Assembly: GCA_001724245.1 (NCBI GenBank)
Contig: MEDX01000020.1
Location: forward strand, 1 to 56,765
Direction of reading: 5' to 3'
DNA from: Fonticula-like sp. SCN 57-25
Lineage: Eukaryota
DNA: 56,765 bases
The position numbers were made by a program, and so were the translations under genes. Numbering within the stretch: position 1 is the stretch's first letter; the number at the start of each line of letters is the position of its first letter. Below the pieces are notes generated by a model. The model did no database searches. It was not told where the DNA came from and worked only from the letters and a program-made list of their open reading frames with translations. Shown here in pieces: positions 10,707 to 21,757 of this stretch.

Positions 10707-12155
10707 ATGGCGACGCTGACCACGACGAACGGCAACCCGGTTGACAACAACCAGGTCTCGCTGACCGCCGGTGCGGGCGGCCCGATCCTCCTCCAGGACT
10801 TTCACCTGATCGACAAGCTCTCGCACTTTGACCGCGAGCGCACCCCCGAGCGTGTTGTGCACGCCAAGGGCGCCGGCGCGCACGGCTTCTTTGAGGTGAC
10901 GCACGATGTCAGCGACATCTGCAAGGCCAAGTTCCTTAACGCGATTGGCAAGCGCACGCCGACCTTCCTGCGCTTCTCGACCGTCGGCGGCGAGAAGGGC
11001 TCGGCCGACACGGCGCGCGATCCCCGCGGCTTCGCCCTCAAGTTTTACACCGAGGAGGGCAACTGGGACATGACCGGCAACAACACGCCCGTCTTCTTCA
11101 TCCGCGACCCGATCAAGTTCCCCGACTTTATCCACACCCAGAAGCGCAACGCTCGCACCAACCTCAAGGACGCTGATGCCGTCTGGGACTTTGCCTCGCT
11201 CGCCCCCGAGTCGATCCACCAGTTCTCGGTCCTCTTCTCGAACCGCGGCACGCCCGACGGCTTCCGCCACCTCAACGGCTACTCGTCCCACGCCCTCAAG
11301 GTCGTCAACGCGCAGGGCGTCCCGCACCTCGTCCAGTGGCACTTCAAGACCAACCAGAAGATCAAGAACCTCTCGGACGCCCAGGCGGGCAAGATCGCCG
11401 GCGACGACGCCGACTATGCCACGCGCGACCTCTTTGACTCGATCGAGCGCGGTGACTTCCCCAGCTGGAACGTCTTTGTCCAGGTCATGACCATGGAGCA
11501 GGTCGCCACCTACCGCTGGAACCCGTATGATGTCACCAAGGTGTGGCCCCACAAGGACTTCCCCCTGCGCCCCGTCGGCCGCCTCACGCTCAACCGCAAC
11601 CCCGAGAACTACTTCGCCGAGGTGGAGCAGGCTGCCTTTTCGCCGTCGCACATGGTGCCCGGCATTGAGCCGTCGCTCGACAAGATGCTCCAGGGTCGCC
11701 TCTTCTCGTACCCCGACACCCACCGCCACCGCCTCGGTGTCAACTACACCAGCATCCCGATCAACACGCCGTTCGCCGCGCGCGTCGCCAACTACCAGCG
11801 CGATGGCGCCGCCGTCGTCAACGGCAACGGCGGCTCGGGCCCCAACTACGAGCCCAACTCGGCTGGAGGCCCCGTCCAGGCCGGTGCCTACGCCGCCGTC
11901 CACAAGTTCCCCGTCCAGGGCGTCGCTGAGCGCGCCATTGTGCCCATCACCGACGACGACTTTGCCCAGGCCGGCAACCTCTACCGCCTCCTCTCGGCCA
12001 GCGAGAAGACCGACCTTGTCAACAACATCGTCGGCTCCATGAGCGGCGCCAAGAAGCACATCCAGCAGCGCCAGGTGGCCCACTTCAAGCGCGCCGACCC
12101 CGAGTACGGCGCCCGCATTGAGGCCGGCCTCCTCAAGCAGTCCACCAAGCTGTAA
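10707..12155 (+). CDS. CAT: Monofunctional heme catalase, peroxisomal (PTS1-like -TKL), intronless
   Basis: FDRERTPERVVHAKGAGAHG, RFSTVGGEKGSADTARDPRGFALKFYTEEGNWD, QGRLFSYPDTHRHRLG; ends QSTKL*. Confidence 0.98.
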   Translation: MATLTTTNGNPVDNNQVSLTAGAGGPILLQDFHLIDKLSHFDRERTPERVVHAKGAGAHGFFEVTHDVSDICKAKFLNAIGKRTPTFLRFSTVGGEKGSADTARDPRGFALKFYTEEGNWDMTGNNTPVFFIRDPIKFPDFIHTQKRNARTNLKDADAVWDFASLAPESIHQFSVLFSNRGTPDGFRHLNGYSSHALKVVNAQGVPHLVQWHFKTNQKIKNLSDAQAGKIAGDDADYATRDLFDSIERGDFPSWNVFVQVMTMEQVATYRWNPYDVTKVWPHKDFPLRPVGRLTLNRNPENYFAEVEQAAFSPSHMVPGIEPSLDKMLQGRLFSYPDTHRHRLGVNYTSIPINTPFAARVANYQRDGAAVVNGNGGSGPNYEPNSAGGPVQAGAYAAVHKFPVQGVAERAIVPITDDDFAQAGNLYRLLSASEKTDLVNNIVGSMSGAKKHIQQRQVAHFKRADPEYGARIEAGLLKQSTKL

Positions 12156-12266
12156 ACAGCTGCTTTGCTGCTGCCGATCGTGTGTTCTTTCGCTTTGTAA
12201 TCCCTTCCTTGCCAGCAATGGACTCTTACTTTTACTTGACATTATACGCATTCAATCATTTACAAC

Positions 12267-13367
12267 TCACAGTTTGGCTTGGTTTGCGGCCGCGTCGACC
12301 AGCGACACAACCTCTTCCGCGCAGCCCCAGCAAAGGCTCCATCCGGCGCCACCTACATCGCGTTAGCCCCGTGCTGCGCGTGAGAATGCACAAATCGCAC
12401 CATGCCCGTAGTTGTGGACGACGACGCGGTTGCCGCCAAAGCGCTCGGCCTCGAGACGCACCTCGGGACGGCACGGGCGCAGGCCGACCTTTTCGCCGAG
12501 AATCTCAATCTTGTCCGCCGCCAGGGCGCCGCTGGTCATGTTGGCGGTCTTTCGCAGGATATCCGCCGTGTCCTGTGCGGACACGAGGAGGGACTCGTTG
12601 CCGACCTGGTAAGTGCCGCCGAGCACAATGTCGCGGTGGCGGGGGACGACGTATCCGAGAGAGTTTTTGCCGTGCTCGTCCGTCTGGATGACTGTGACGT
12701 CGTCCTTGGCGCGCACCAAGACGACCTGGCCGCGCGCCGCGTACATGCTCGGGTCGTTGAACAGCTCGCGGGAGCCGAGACCCGTGCAGTTGACCACAAT
12801 GCTGAACTGGGCAAACGCGCCCTTGATGTCCGTCACGTTCAGCTGCGAAACACGGCCGCCGTTCGAGATGAACCGCTGCATCAAGTACTGCATCGCAAGG
12901 TCGGTGTTGATGACCAGCGTGTCGTGCTGCAAGCCCGATACGTAGTCAGTCGAGATGGCCGGCGGGTGCACCGTGCGAGCCCCGCCCAGCACATTGACGT
13001 CCAGGATAAAGTTCTTTGCTTCCTCTGAGCTTGCATGCACATGGATCAGCTTGGACGGAAGCACGCCACTTGACGGATCCTACAAGCACGCTGTCCGTGA
13101 CCAAGCCGGCCAGCGTAGAGGACGTACCTTGGACATGGACTGCTCGTAATACTGTAGCGTGCGGGCGGCCCAAACGCGGACCCGGTCCACGGGACCAACG
13201 CTGAACGGGTACCAGAACGCGGCCGCCTTGTTCGACGTCGTGTGCGGCGGGAGGTCCTTGGCCCATATATCGACCGTGTACCCGTGCTGCTGAAGCACGA
13301 GGGCGCAGCACAGGCCGTTCACGCCGCATCCGAGTACCAGGACATGCTTACTCATCCCTGGCGACAT
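12267..13367 (-). CDS. DAO: D-amino-acid oxidase / D-aspartate oxidase, peroxisomal (PTS1 -AKL), 3 exons
   Basis: VLVLGCGVNG (FAD-binding), TTSNKAAAFW, VVNCTGLGS, RGQVVLV, VGLRPCRPEVRLE, VVHNYGHG^GAGWSLCWGCAEEV; ends ANQAKL*. Confidence 0.92.
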
Positions 13368-13522
13368 GTCTTCAGGGTCCCTGGTCCAAGTCGGTCTGGG
13401 TACGTTTCAAGTCGGTTTGGTTTCGTTGATTTTGTGATTTTGTGGCGACCAATCATTGTTGGCGAACACAGACGACTGAACGGCCGACCCTCAAGTTGAC
13501 ACTCACTACAAGGCAGCCGCCC

Positions 13523-16500
13523 ATGTTTGGCAACAAGAAGAAGCCCCCGGTGAGCAACGCCGCGGAGGTGACAAAGACTGCGTCGGTGCCTGCGTCGCCG
13601 CTTTCTGAGAGCCCGACGTCTCGCCTGGTGCGCAGATTGCTTGATTTTGTTGCCCATCTAACCAGCTCTTGCCACCAAATCGTAGCCGTCGACCCACACG
13701 CTGTCGGCGCGCCCGAGCTCGGACAGTTTGAATAGCCTGACCCACTCCATTTCCGCGTCGCAGTCTGCAGGAGACGACGATGACGACGATCTCTTTGCCG
13801 GCATGGAAGTGAAGACCGCTGAGCCCTCCGCCGAGCCGGCCGCCGAGCCGGCCTCTTCGACCGGCGGCTCTGCATTCTCCTTCTTGGCGGCCACGCCGTC
13901 CGCCAGCGCAGAGCCGGAGGAGGAGGAGGAGGTTGAGGAGCCGAGCTCTACCTCTGCATTTGACTTTATGGGAACTAGTGACTCCCCTTCATTGCACGAG
14001 AGCGAAGAATTGGTCGGGGAGGTACTAGCCGAGGAGGAGGCCACGCACGAGGAGGCGCCCAATGGCACCCTGGACGCACAGGAGGGTGCTGAAGGCGAGC
14101 ACGACGCAGAGGAACTGGCGATCGAGGCGGACACTCATGAAGCCATTGCCGCGGAGGAGCCCGCTACCGAAGACGCCGAGGAGCACGGTGCCGCGCCGTC
14201 CAGCTTCTCGTTCCTGGGTTCGACCACCAGCGCGGCATCCCTCGACGCGGCGCAGGAGGAATCCGAAGATGACCTTTTGGATGGCGTCGTTGTCCATGAG
14301 ACGCCGGCGTCAGGAAGCGCGTTTGACTTTGTTGCGCCGAATAGCACGAGTAGCATCGATGATCTTGTCGATTCCCCCGCTGCTGTCACCGCCACTGCCA
14401 TCCCCAGTGCGACCTCTGCCGCTGTCAGCGCTCCCGTGTCTGCTGCTGCTTCCGCTGCACCTGTCGTCGCCCCGGCGTCTCGCAAGAAGAAGCTCTCCAC
14501 GTTCTTTGGGTTCCGCTCCGCGTCGTCGTCCGCGGTCGAAGCAAAGCCCTCCTCGGCCGAGTCGCAGCCAAAGGCGGCGCCGCCTGCCAGGGCTGCCGCG
14601 TCGTCCTCGTCCATCACCGCCGCGCCTGTTGCGCCCCCGTCTGCGGCCAACCCCGTTCGGTCTGCGTCGGTGGCGGTCGTTGCTGAAGACGCCGCCCCGG
14701 TGGCTACCCCCAAGAATGCCCCGCCGGCGGCTGCTCGCTCGACAACGCCGCCCCCCGCTGCGGCTAACTCGTATGCTGTCTTGTCGCCCGCGGCGCCGGT
14801 GGCGCGCGAGTCGCTCGAGGACGCCGTACTGTATGCGGAGGCGCGCGTCACGACGCTTCGGGATCGCTTTGCGCGCCTTGACGGCGAGCAGCATTCGCTG
14901 CTCAACATGCTTGTTGAGGTGTCCAAGGAGCTTTTGTCGACGCAGCTGCAGCTGAATGCGACAGAGCAGGACCAAATTGCCGCCGGCGACCGCGAGGACT
15001 ACAACCAGGCTGAGCAGCTCAACGACGTGATTGACGGCCTCAAGCGCCACCTGGACCAGCTTAACAAGCGCATCAAGTCGATCAACGAGTCGCTCAAGCA
15101 GCACCACGACCGCAAAGTGCACATGGTTGAGGCGGAGGTGTCCGTCCGCTCCGAGCTCTTTGGGCGGCTCACGTCGCTGCAAGGCAAGGAAGATGAGGCG
15201 TTCCGCGATTACTGCAAGTCAGCGTCGTCCTCGCACGTCAAGCGCAAGAACATGCTCGAGATCGAGCGCGACCGCATTCAGCGCAAGCGCACGCAGGTGA
15301 CCCACGAGGCAAAGCTGGTCGACAGCAGCGAGCAGGAGCTGCAGGAGCACGTCCATGCCGACGGGCGCGAGTTTTACGAGCAGCGCGATACGCTCGTAAA
15401 GGAGCGCTCGCTGGTCCAGGGCGAGATCGACGAGCTGGAGGCGAAGCTCGCGACGCTGCGCCTCCACGAGTCATCGCTGTCGGAGAAGATTGGCTCGCTA
15501 GAGGACAGCATCCAGGATATTTCCGCAAAGTATGCGTCAAAGCTGGAGGTGCTGCAGCAGGAGCGCGCGGATGTGCAGGAGCGCAACAGGGAGCTCGACC
15601 GCGCCGAGCTCACGGTGCAGGAGAGCGAGCGCAATCTCGACAAGGAGCGCGTCGAGTTGGCCAAAACGGTCGACTTGAGAAAGGACAAGCTGTCCCAGAT
15701 GCGCGCGCGCATTGTCTCGGTCGTCGATACGACATCGCGCCTCTCGAAAAGCGCTCAGTTTACCAAGGATTATTTGCTGTCGCGCAAAAAGACGCAGGAC
15801 CAGCAGGGCGAAAAGGAGTCCGAGCTCGTTCGGTGCGCTATTTGCCTCGTTTTCGTATTGTTGTTGACGTTTTACTTGCAGCCTGCGTCGCCAGCGAGAC
15901 GAATTGGACGAGCAGCTGCGTCAGGCCCATGCGTCGCAGTCGGATGCCGAGAATGCGCTTTCCAAGCTCACGTTTGAGGTGGCCGCCTTGACGCAGCGCA
16001 TGCTGCAGCTGGACCACCTGAAGCGTCAGGCCGTCGCCGGTACGCACCCATTCATGCCCCTAATCGCGTGCTCACGACTGCGCAGAGCGCAATTTCCGCG
16101 AGGCCGGCCGTGTCGCCACCGAGATCAAGACGTCCACGACCCGCCTTGAGGCCGCGTCGGCCGAGCAGCGGGAGGTCCGCCTGTCCATCGAGCAGCACGC
16201 CGAGAACCTCGAGCAGGGCAAGCGCCGATTCCGGGAAGCCAACCAGGCGCTGGAGTTGGCCGAGAAGAAGCAGGCGATGGAGACGCTGGAGAACATGGAG
16301 CCCGTGCTCGAGCAGATGCGCGAGACGCGCCACCAGTACGCGCCGCTGTTTTTTTGTTTCCCTTTCTGACGCTTTTTCAGGGCCATCCGCCAGGGCGTCG
16401 CCGACATTGTCCTGTACCTCCGCCACGAGCACGTTCGCGTGTTTGCCGAGCTGCTGCTCAAGCGGCTGCAACTCGGCCTCGCCGTCGACACCTTCCCGAC

Positions 16501-17272
16501 GATCGAAGAGTTCCTCGCCGCCGAGGAGAAGGAGGATAGGCTGCTCGAGGAGGCCCTTCGCGCGGCTCCCCCGCCCGCCGCCGCACCCACTGGGCCGGCT
16601 TTCAGCCCCGCGTCGTCGCTGTTGTTCTCCCCGAGCTTGAGCGGCCGCTTGGGAAGCGCCTCAACGCCGTCCCCGAGCCCGCTCAAGGGCGGCAGCGCCT
16701 TGTCCGCCGCCGTACCGAGCCTTCTTTCGGGCAGCGTCGTTGATGCGGCCGACGCGGCGGCGGTGTCGTCGCCAGCCGACGACCTCATGCTCGTCGACTT
16801 TAGCGCGCCGGCGCCCTCGGAGGCTGCGGCGGGCGGCGAGGCCGACGAAAAGGTCAAGGCGCCAGCGCACGAGGAGGAGAGCGTCGAGTCGCTCCGCAAG
16901 GATGAGGCGTCGGTGCGGTCCCTGCTGTCGTCCGTGTCGGTCTGGATCGAGCAGCTCAAGGCGCAGCTTGATATCGCCGTCGAATCGGAGGACTACGAGG
17001 CCGCCGGTGCGGTTTATACTTTTAAGATGTCGACAAGTCGCTGACTTTTTGTGATAGAAACGCTGAACAACGAATTGCAGGAGCAGCAGGAGCACAATAA
17101 CCGCCTCCAAGAGCAGCTCGACCGCCTGCTGGAGCGGCTTGCCGCCACAGAAGCGGGTGCCGTGGAGCCTGCCGCAACCGAGGATAAGGAGGACGAGGTA
17201 GAACAGACCGAGGAGGGTGAGGATGGCAAGATCGCCGAGCCCGCTGGCGGCGACAGTGAGCTTGCCGAATAG
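13523..17272 (+). CDS. Large coiled-coil protein with UVR (UvrB/C) motifs and an acidic disordered N-terminus carrying adaptor-binding motifs, multi-exon
   Basis: Exon 1 MFGNKKKPP; long heptad region; UVR-like QIAAGDREDYNQAEQLNDVI and QLDIAVESEDYEAA; N-terminal DLFAGMEV, SAFSFL, SAFDF, SSFSFL. Confidence 0.75.
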
Positions 17273-17385
17273 ACGCAGAGCTATGCATGTGCTGATTATA
17301 TCATAATAGAATGAACATTTTACATGGCGCTTGATTTCGCAAAACATTGGGTCACAAACAGATCTGAATCAACCGCTGATTATTA

Positions 17386-17799
17386 TTTGGCGGGAAGATT
17401 TGGCGGGAACATGATTTTATGATTCCCCAGGCGCAGCATGGCCATGCAAGGCGACGCTCCTTGGCGGCTCGATAAATTCTGCGTGGGAACCTTAATAGGC
17501 GCATTTGCGGGTTGCTTTTGAGAAAGAGGAGAATGATAATAATTTATGTCTTCATCTTTAGAGTGTAGATTGATCTGATGCTTGACGTTCATTTCGCCAA
17601 GTGGCGGCAGGGGGATCCTCGTGCTTGACGGCAGGCCGGCGCTCTCCTTCCTGCCGTGCTGTGTATTTTGAAAGTTATCTTTAATTTTTAGCGTGTTTTG
17701 GGGCGCGTTGAATTGAACTTTTTTTTTAGTTTCCCGCCAAATGTTGTTTATTTAAGCCTGCGCATGCTGTTCCCGCGCGCTTTGCAGTTTGGCGCGAAA
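17386..17799. promoter_or_regulatory. Cluster of E2F consensus sites
   Basis: TTTGGCGGGAA 17386-17396 and 17399-17409, TTTCCCGCCAAA 17730-17741, TTCCCGCG 17770-17777, TTTGGCGCGAAA 17788-17799; TTTGAA 17667-17672. Confidence 0.6.
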
Positions 17800-17825
17800 T
17801 TGAATTTTCTCCACGCTCGACCGCC

Positions 17826-19383
17826 ATGGAGCAATCTGTTTTTCGGGACCCCGCCTCTGGTACGTGTGTGCTGTTCTACCATATGTACTGACGCACCGCC
17901 AATGTAGACGATACCCTGATGCACCGCCGCACGATCGATGTGAGCTGGGACGACATCTTGAACTCGCCTAGGTACGACATGATCTCTGGCGCGAGATGTT
18001 GAAAACTCACGCCTCTTTGCCCAGTCGTTCGGGCCGCCCCGAGTTTCTTCCTTCATCCGAGGGCGACCCGGTTGCGCGCCCCCCTCCAGTCGACAAGCTC
18101 CGCCGCATGCTCCTTGCCCCTCGGGGAGCCTCCTTTGGCGCGCACGAACCAGCCCCCCTTCGTGATGCTGCCCCGGCGCCTCAGCTCGACCAGCACGACA
18201 TGGTGCCTCGCTCCGCGCTCGAGGCGCTCATCAGTCAGCTCTGTTCAAGCTGCAGTAATATCATTCGTCACCATGATCTGTCCTTTGAGTTTCCCGCCCA
18301 TGCACGCGTCGGCCCTACGGATCCGCTCGAGCTGCTGGCCACGGCGGGCGTCGGGCACCAATCGTCCGGGCATGGGGCTTCGCACGCGTACATGCAGCAC
18401 GACTCGTGGAACGTGAGCAGCAGCGACATGGACATTTTCAGCGACCGGCGCGAGACGAGCCCCTGTCGGACCGTGCCCATCACGGGTGAGGGGCCGACGC
18501 CCTCCCAAACCGCCGGGCAGCGAACCGATACGGACAGCGAGATCCCGAGCGATGACGATGCTGCAGCAAAGGGGCGAGAGGCCTCGGTGGCCCTGCGCGC
18601 CCTCCCCAAGCCCCTCGGCTCGATGCCGCGGTCCATGCCGTCGTCTACCGATGGTATTTTCGCGCGGTGTAACCTTTAAGCCAGTACACTCACCGCATGC
18701 AATCGTAGGGCACTCTCAGGGAAAGAAGCGCCGGCTTGCAGACGAGGGCGACGGCACGCTCAAGTGGATCGAGCAGGACTACAATCTGATTCGGTCGCGC
18801 GGGCGGCCGCGCAAGCGCACCACCCTTGAGGACTTTGCGACCCCGATGAACCCCGAGGGCATTCGCGTATGCCGACGCAGCGCGCGCTTCATTTACTTAC
18901 GAGTTTGGTAGGCGAACGAAGTCCCTCCAAGAAGCGCAGATGATATATACACACCCCTCTTTGTGCGCAAGTCGCGGGGTGATAAGGAGGCACGCTGCGA
19001 ACACTGTGGCGAGTGGTTTCGCATGCGCTCAAGCAACTACTGGTACGAGCGCAAAGTATTCTTGCTGGTCTCTTATCGTTGATTTTCCAGGCATCATTTG
19101 CATCTCGTTCACGGAATCAGCTCGTCTGGCAAGTTGATTCCGCCGCCCCGTATCACTGGCGAGAACAACACCCGCAAGGTACGGTGCCCATTGCGTTTCA
19201 GTCTCTGTGCTCACCGACTTTTAGGAGGGGTTGGGCTTGTGCGGCTGCTGCAGAAAGTGGGTTGTCATCAACCCGCCTACCAAGTGGTACCGTCACTACA
19301 TCTCGTGCGAGAAACCGACGTCGCGTGATCAAGCTCAGAGTGAGCCTGAAGCTATAAAGATGGAATCGCACTCATTTGCATAA
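17826..19383 (+). CDS. Rua1/Meu26-like (DUF4451, Rua1 C-terminal) Cys/His-domain transcription regulator with an AT-hook-like motif, multi-exon
   Basis: Spliced C-terminus DIYTPLFVRKSRGDKEARCEHCGEWFRMRSSNYW^HHLHLVHGISSSGK...^EGLGLCGCCRKWV...KWYRHYISC; RGRPRK upstream. Confidence 0.75.
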
Positions 19384-19465
19384 TCGTTTTTGGAATAACT
19401 TAATTTTGTAATGTTTTCTTTCATTTTCGCATTTGCGGAACAGTATAATAATACACCGGCTAGTT

Positions 19466-20530
19466 TTACAGCCTGCTGCGGGTCTCGATCATGTGCCACA
19501 GGGGGTAAAAGTCGGGCAAGTCCTGCGGCACGCGCATAGGAAAGTTGGGCGAGCGCTTCTCCTTAAAGCTAACGACGCCTTCGAAAGCATCCTCTTGAGA
19601 GCTAAGGGTCGGTTAGTACGTGTCGCGCGAATTCATGCGCCGTCGCACCTAGACCACTGGATGCACTTGCTGTCCGCCAGGTGGGCCGCTTCCGGCGACG
19701 CGCCTCCTTCGCGCATGCTGCCCCAAAGGAGCGCCTTGCTCAAGGCCACGCTGGTCGCAGACGTGTATTTTGCAATCTCGCCCGCGAGGGCCATGGCGCG
19801 CGGCAGCACTTGGTCGCGCGGGACGACGTAGTTGAAGAGGCCCGAAGCCTCCTCGTCCTTGGCGCGGAACACGCGGCCCGTGACGCACCACTCGAGCGAC
19901 TTGCCCATGCCGACGATGCGCGGCAAAAAGTACGACGATGCCGCCTCGGGGACGATGCCGCGGCGCGCAAAGACAAAGCCGACCTTGGCGTCCTCGCTCG
20001 CCACGCGAATGTCCATCGGGAGCGTCATGGTGATGCCGATCCCGATGGCGGAGCCGTTGATCGCGGCAACGATCGGCTTCTGGAAGCGGTACAGCGCCAG
20101 AGTCAGAATGCCACCGGCATCGCGGAATGCTATTTAAAAAATCCGTCAGCTTATAATGTGCTGGTGGTGCAGGCATCGCACCAGACGGCGACTTTGACGA
20201 GCCGGCAAACGAACTCGAGCTGTTGCCCGACGACAGATCGGCACCTGCGCAAAAGGCTACACTTGGTGTTACTACAATTCTACGTAGGACATTGCATACC
20301 ATCGCCGGCACCGGTGATGACGGCAACGCGAACGTCGTCGTCTTTGCCGAGCGAATCCAGGACAGCAACCAGCTCAGTTCCCATCTCGTAATTAAAAGCG
20401 TTCAGCCTATAATAATTTATATTACGTTAGTAAAAAGTGTTACCTAAAGACTTGTCGCATACTTTGTCGGCCTGTTCAGCGTCACCAAAGCCACGCCATC
20501 GCGCTTCTCCACAAGCACCGTTCCTCCCAT
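19466..20530 (-). CDS. Enoyl-CoA hydratase/isomerase (crotonase) family, peroxisomal (PTS1 -SRL), multi-exon
   Basis: VALVTLNRP, AFCAGADLS, KPIVAAINGSAIGIGITMTLPMDIRVASEDAKVGFVFARRGIVPEAASSYFLPRIVG; ends IETRSRL*. Confidence 0.92.
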
Positions 20531-20714
20531 TGTTGTAAGCCGCGCCCCTGCCGATCGAGCTGCGTTGTCAGCAAATTGTGCAAACCGAAATGCAGTTTGC
20601 ATGTAAATAAATCGCATGCGATTTTCTGTTTCGGACTTTCAGACACGCGGCGGCACACTGGTGATCAGCGCGATCTTTGCTTGATCCTTGTCCGTTTCTT
20701 TGGGTGTTTTCACA

Positions 20715-21485
20715 ATGGTTCGTCGCCCCTTTTGCCGTTCGCCCCCTTTCTTTGGCTTATTTCTTTATTTTTTTTTAGTTGCGTATTGCGTCGCACCGTT
20801 TTGGCGCGCTTGCCGCTCGCCGTGCCTCGCCCGCCGCCCTCACCGTGACGCGGTCTTACTCTTCGGAGCCCGCTTCGGCCAAGATCGGCGAGCTCACCGA
20901 GCAGATCTCCAAGCTCACGCTCCTTGAGACCGCTGACCTCGTCGCCTCGCTCAAGGTATGTCTCGCAATGTGACTCCTTTCCTCGTCGGCGTTTCTAATC
21001 GATTTTTTCCTTTTTTTCCTCTTGTGTTTCACACATCCAGACCAAGCTGAACTTGGGTGACATCCCGATCGCTGCCCCCGCCGGTGCTGCCCCCGCTGCC
21101 GCCGCCGCCCCCGCTGCCGCTGTACGCACCCATACATGATTTCCTGCCTTTTACCCCGTGTTGACGCGAATCGTCGTTCTTTTTCCGCAGGATGCCAAGG
21201 CCGCTGAGCCCGCCAAGACCGAGTTCACCGTGAAGCTCATGTCGATCGACGACAAGAACAAGGTGAAGGCGATCCGCGAGGTCAAGAACCTCATCCCCAG
21301 CCTCAATCTTGTTACGGTACGCCTGCGGCCCCGCGGCATTTCAGTTTGCTGACCCGTTTAATTTGCAGGCGAAGAAGTTTGTTGAGGAGGCCCCCAAGGT
21401 CATCAAGGAGGGCGTCCCGACGGAGGAGGCGAAGAAGATCAAGGAGCTTTTCGAGAGCATGGGCTGCAAGATCGCGCTCGAGTGA
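20715..21485 (+). CDS. MRPL12: Mitochondrial ribosomal protein L7/L12, multi-exon (first coding exon is ATG only)
   Basis: Arg-rich presequence, ISKLTLLETADLVASLK, Ala hinge, KTEFTVKL...KVKAIREVKNLIPSLNLVT^AKKFVEEAPKVIKE. Confidence 0.92.
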
Positions 21486-21757
21486 TTCCTTTTGCGAGCC
21501 GACAATTAAAAGGAAAATAAAACTGTACATGGGCGCTCCGCTCAAACGGCGGCCTTTTGTTTTTTCGTTATCTTGCTCTCTATCTAATTTTAATACAACA
21601 CGAATTCTTACTCGCCAACAGTGGACCGAATCAGCAGCTTGATATAGTTCTGTTTATATTTCGTTCTGGATAACAACGCACACACAAAGGCAGACACACG
21701 CGCGCACATATTGGCACATCACAACAGCGAATTAAATTAGCCCGCTCCAATGCTCAA

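Noticed and set aside
10698-12251. 517-aa ORF antisense to catalase
   Set aside because: Same shadow-ORF effect from extreme codon bias; no independent domain signal.
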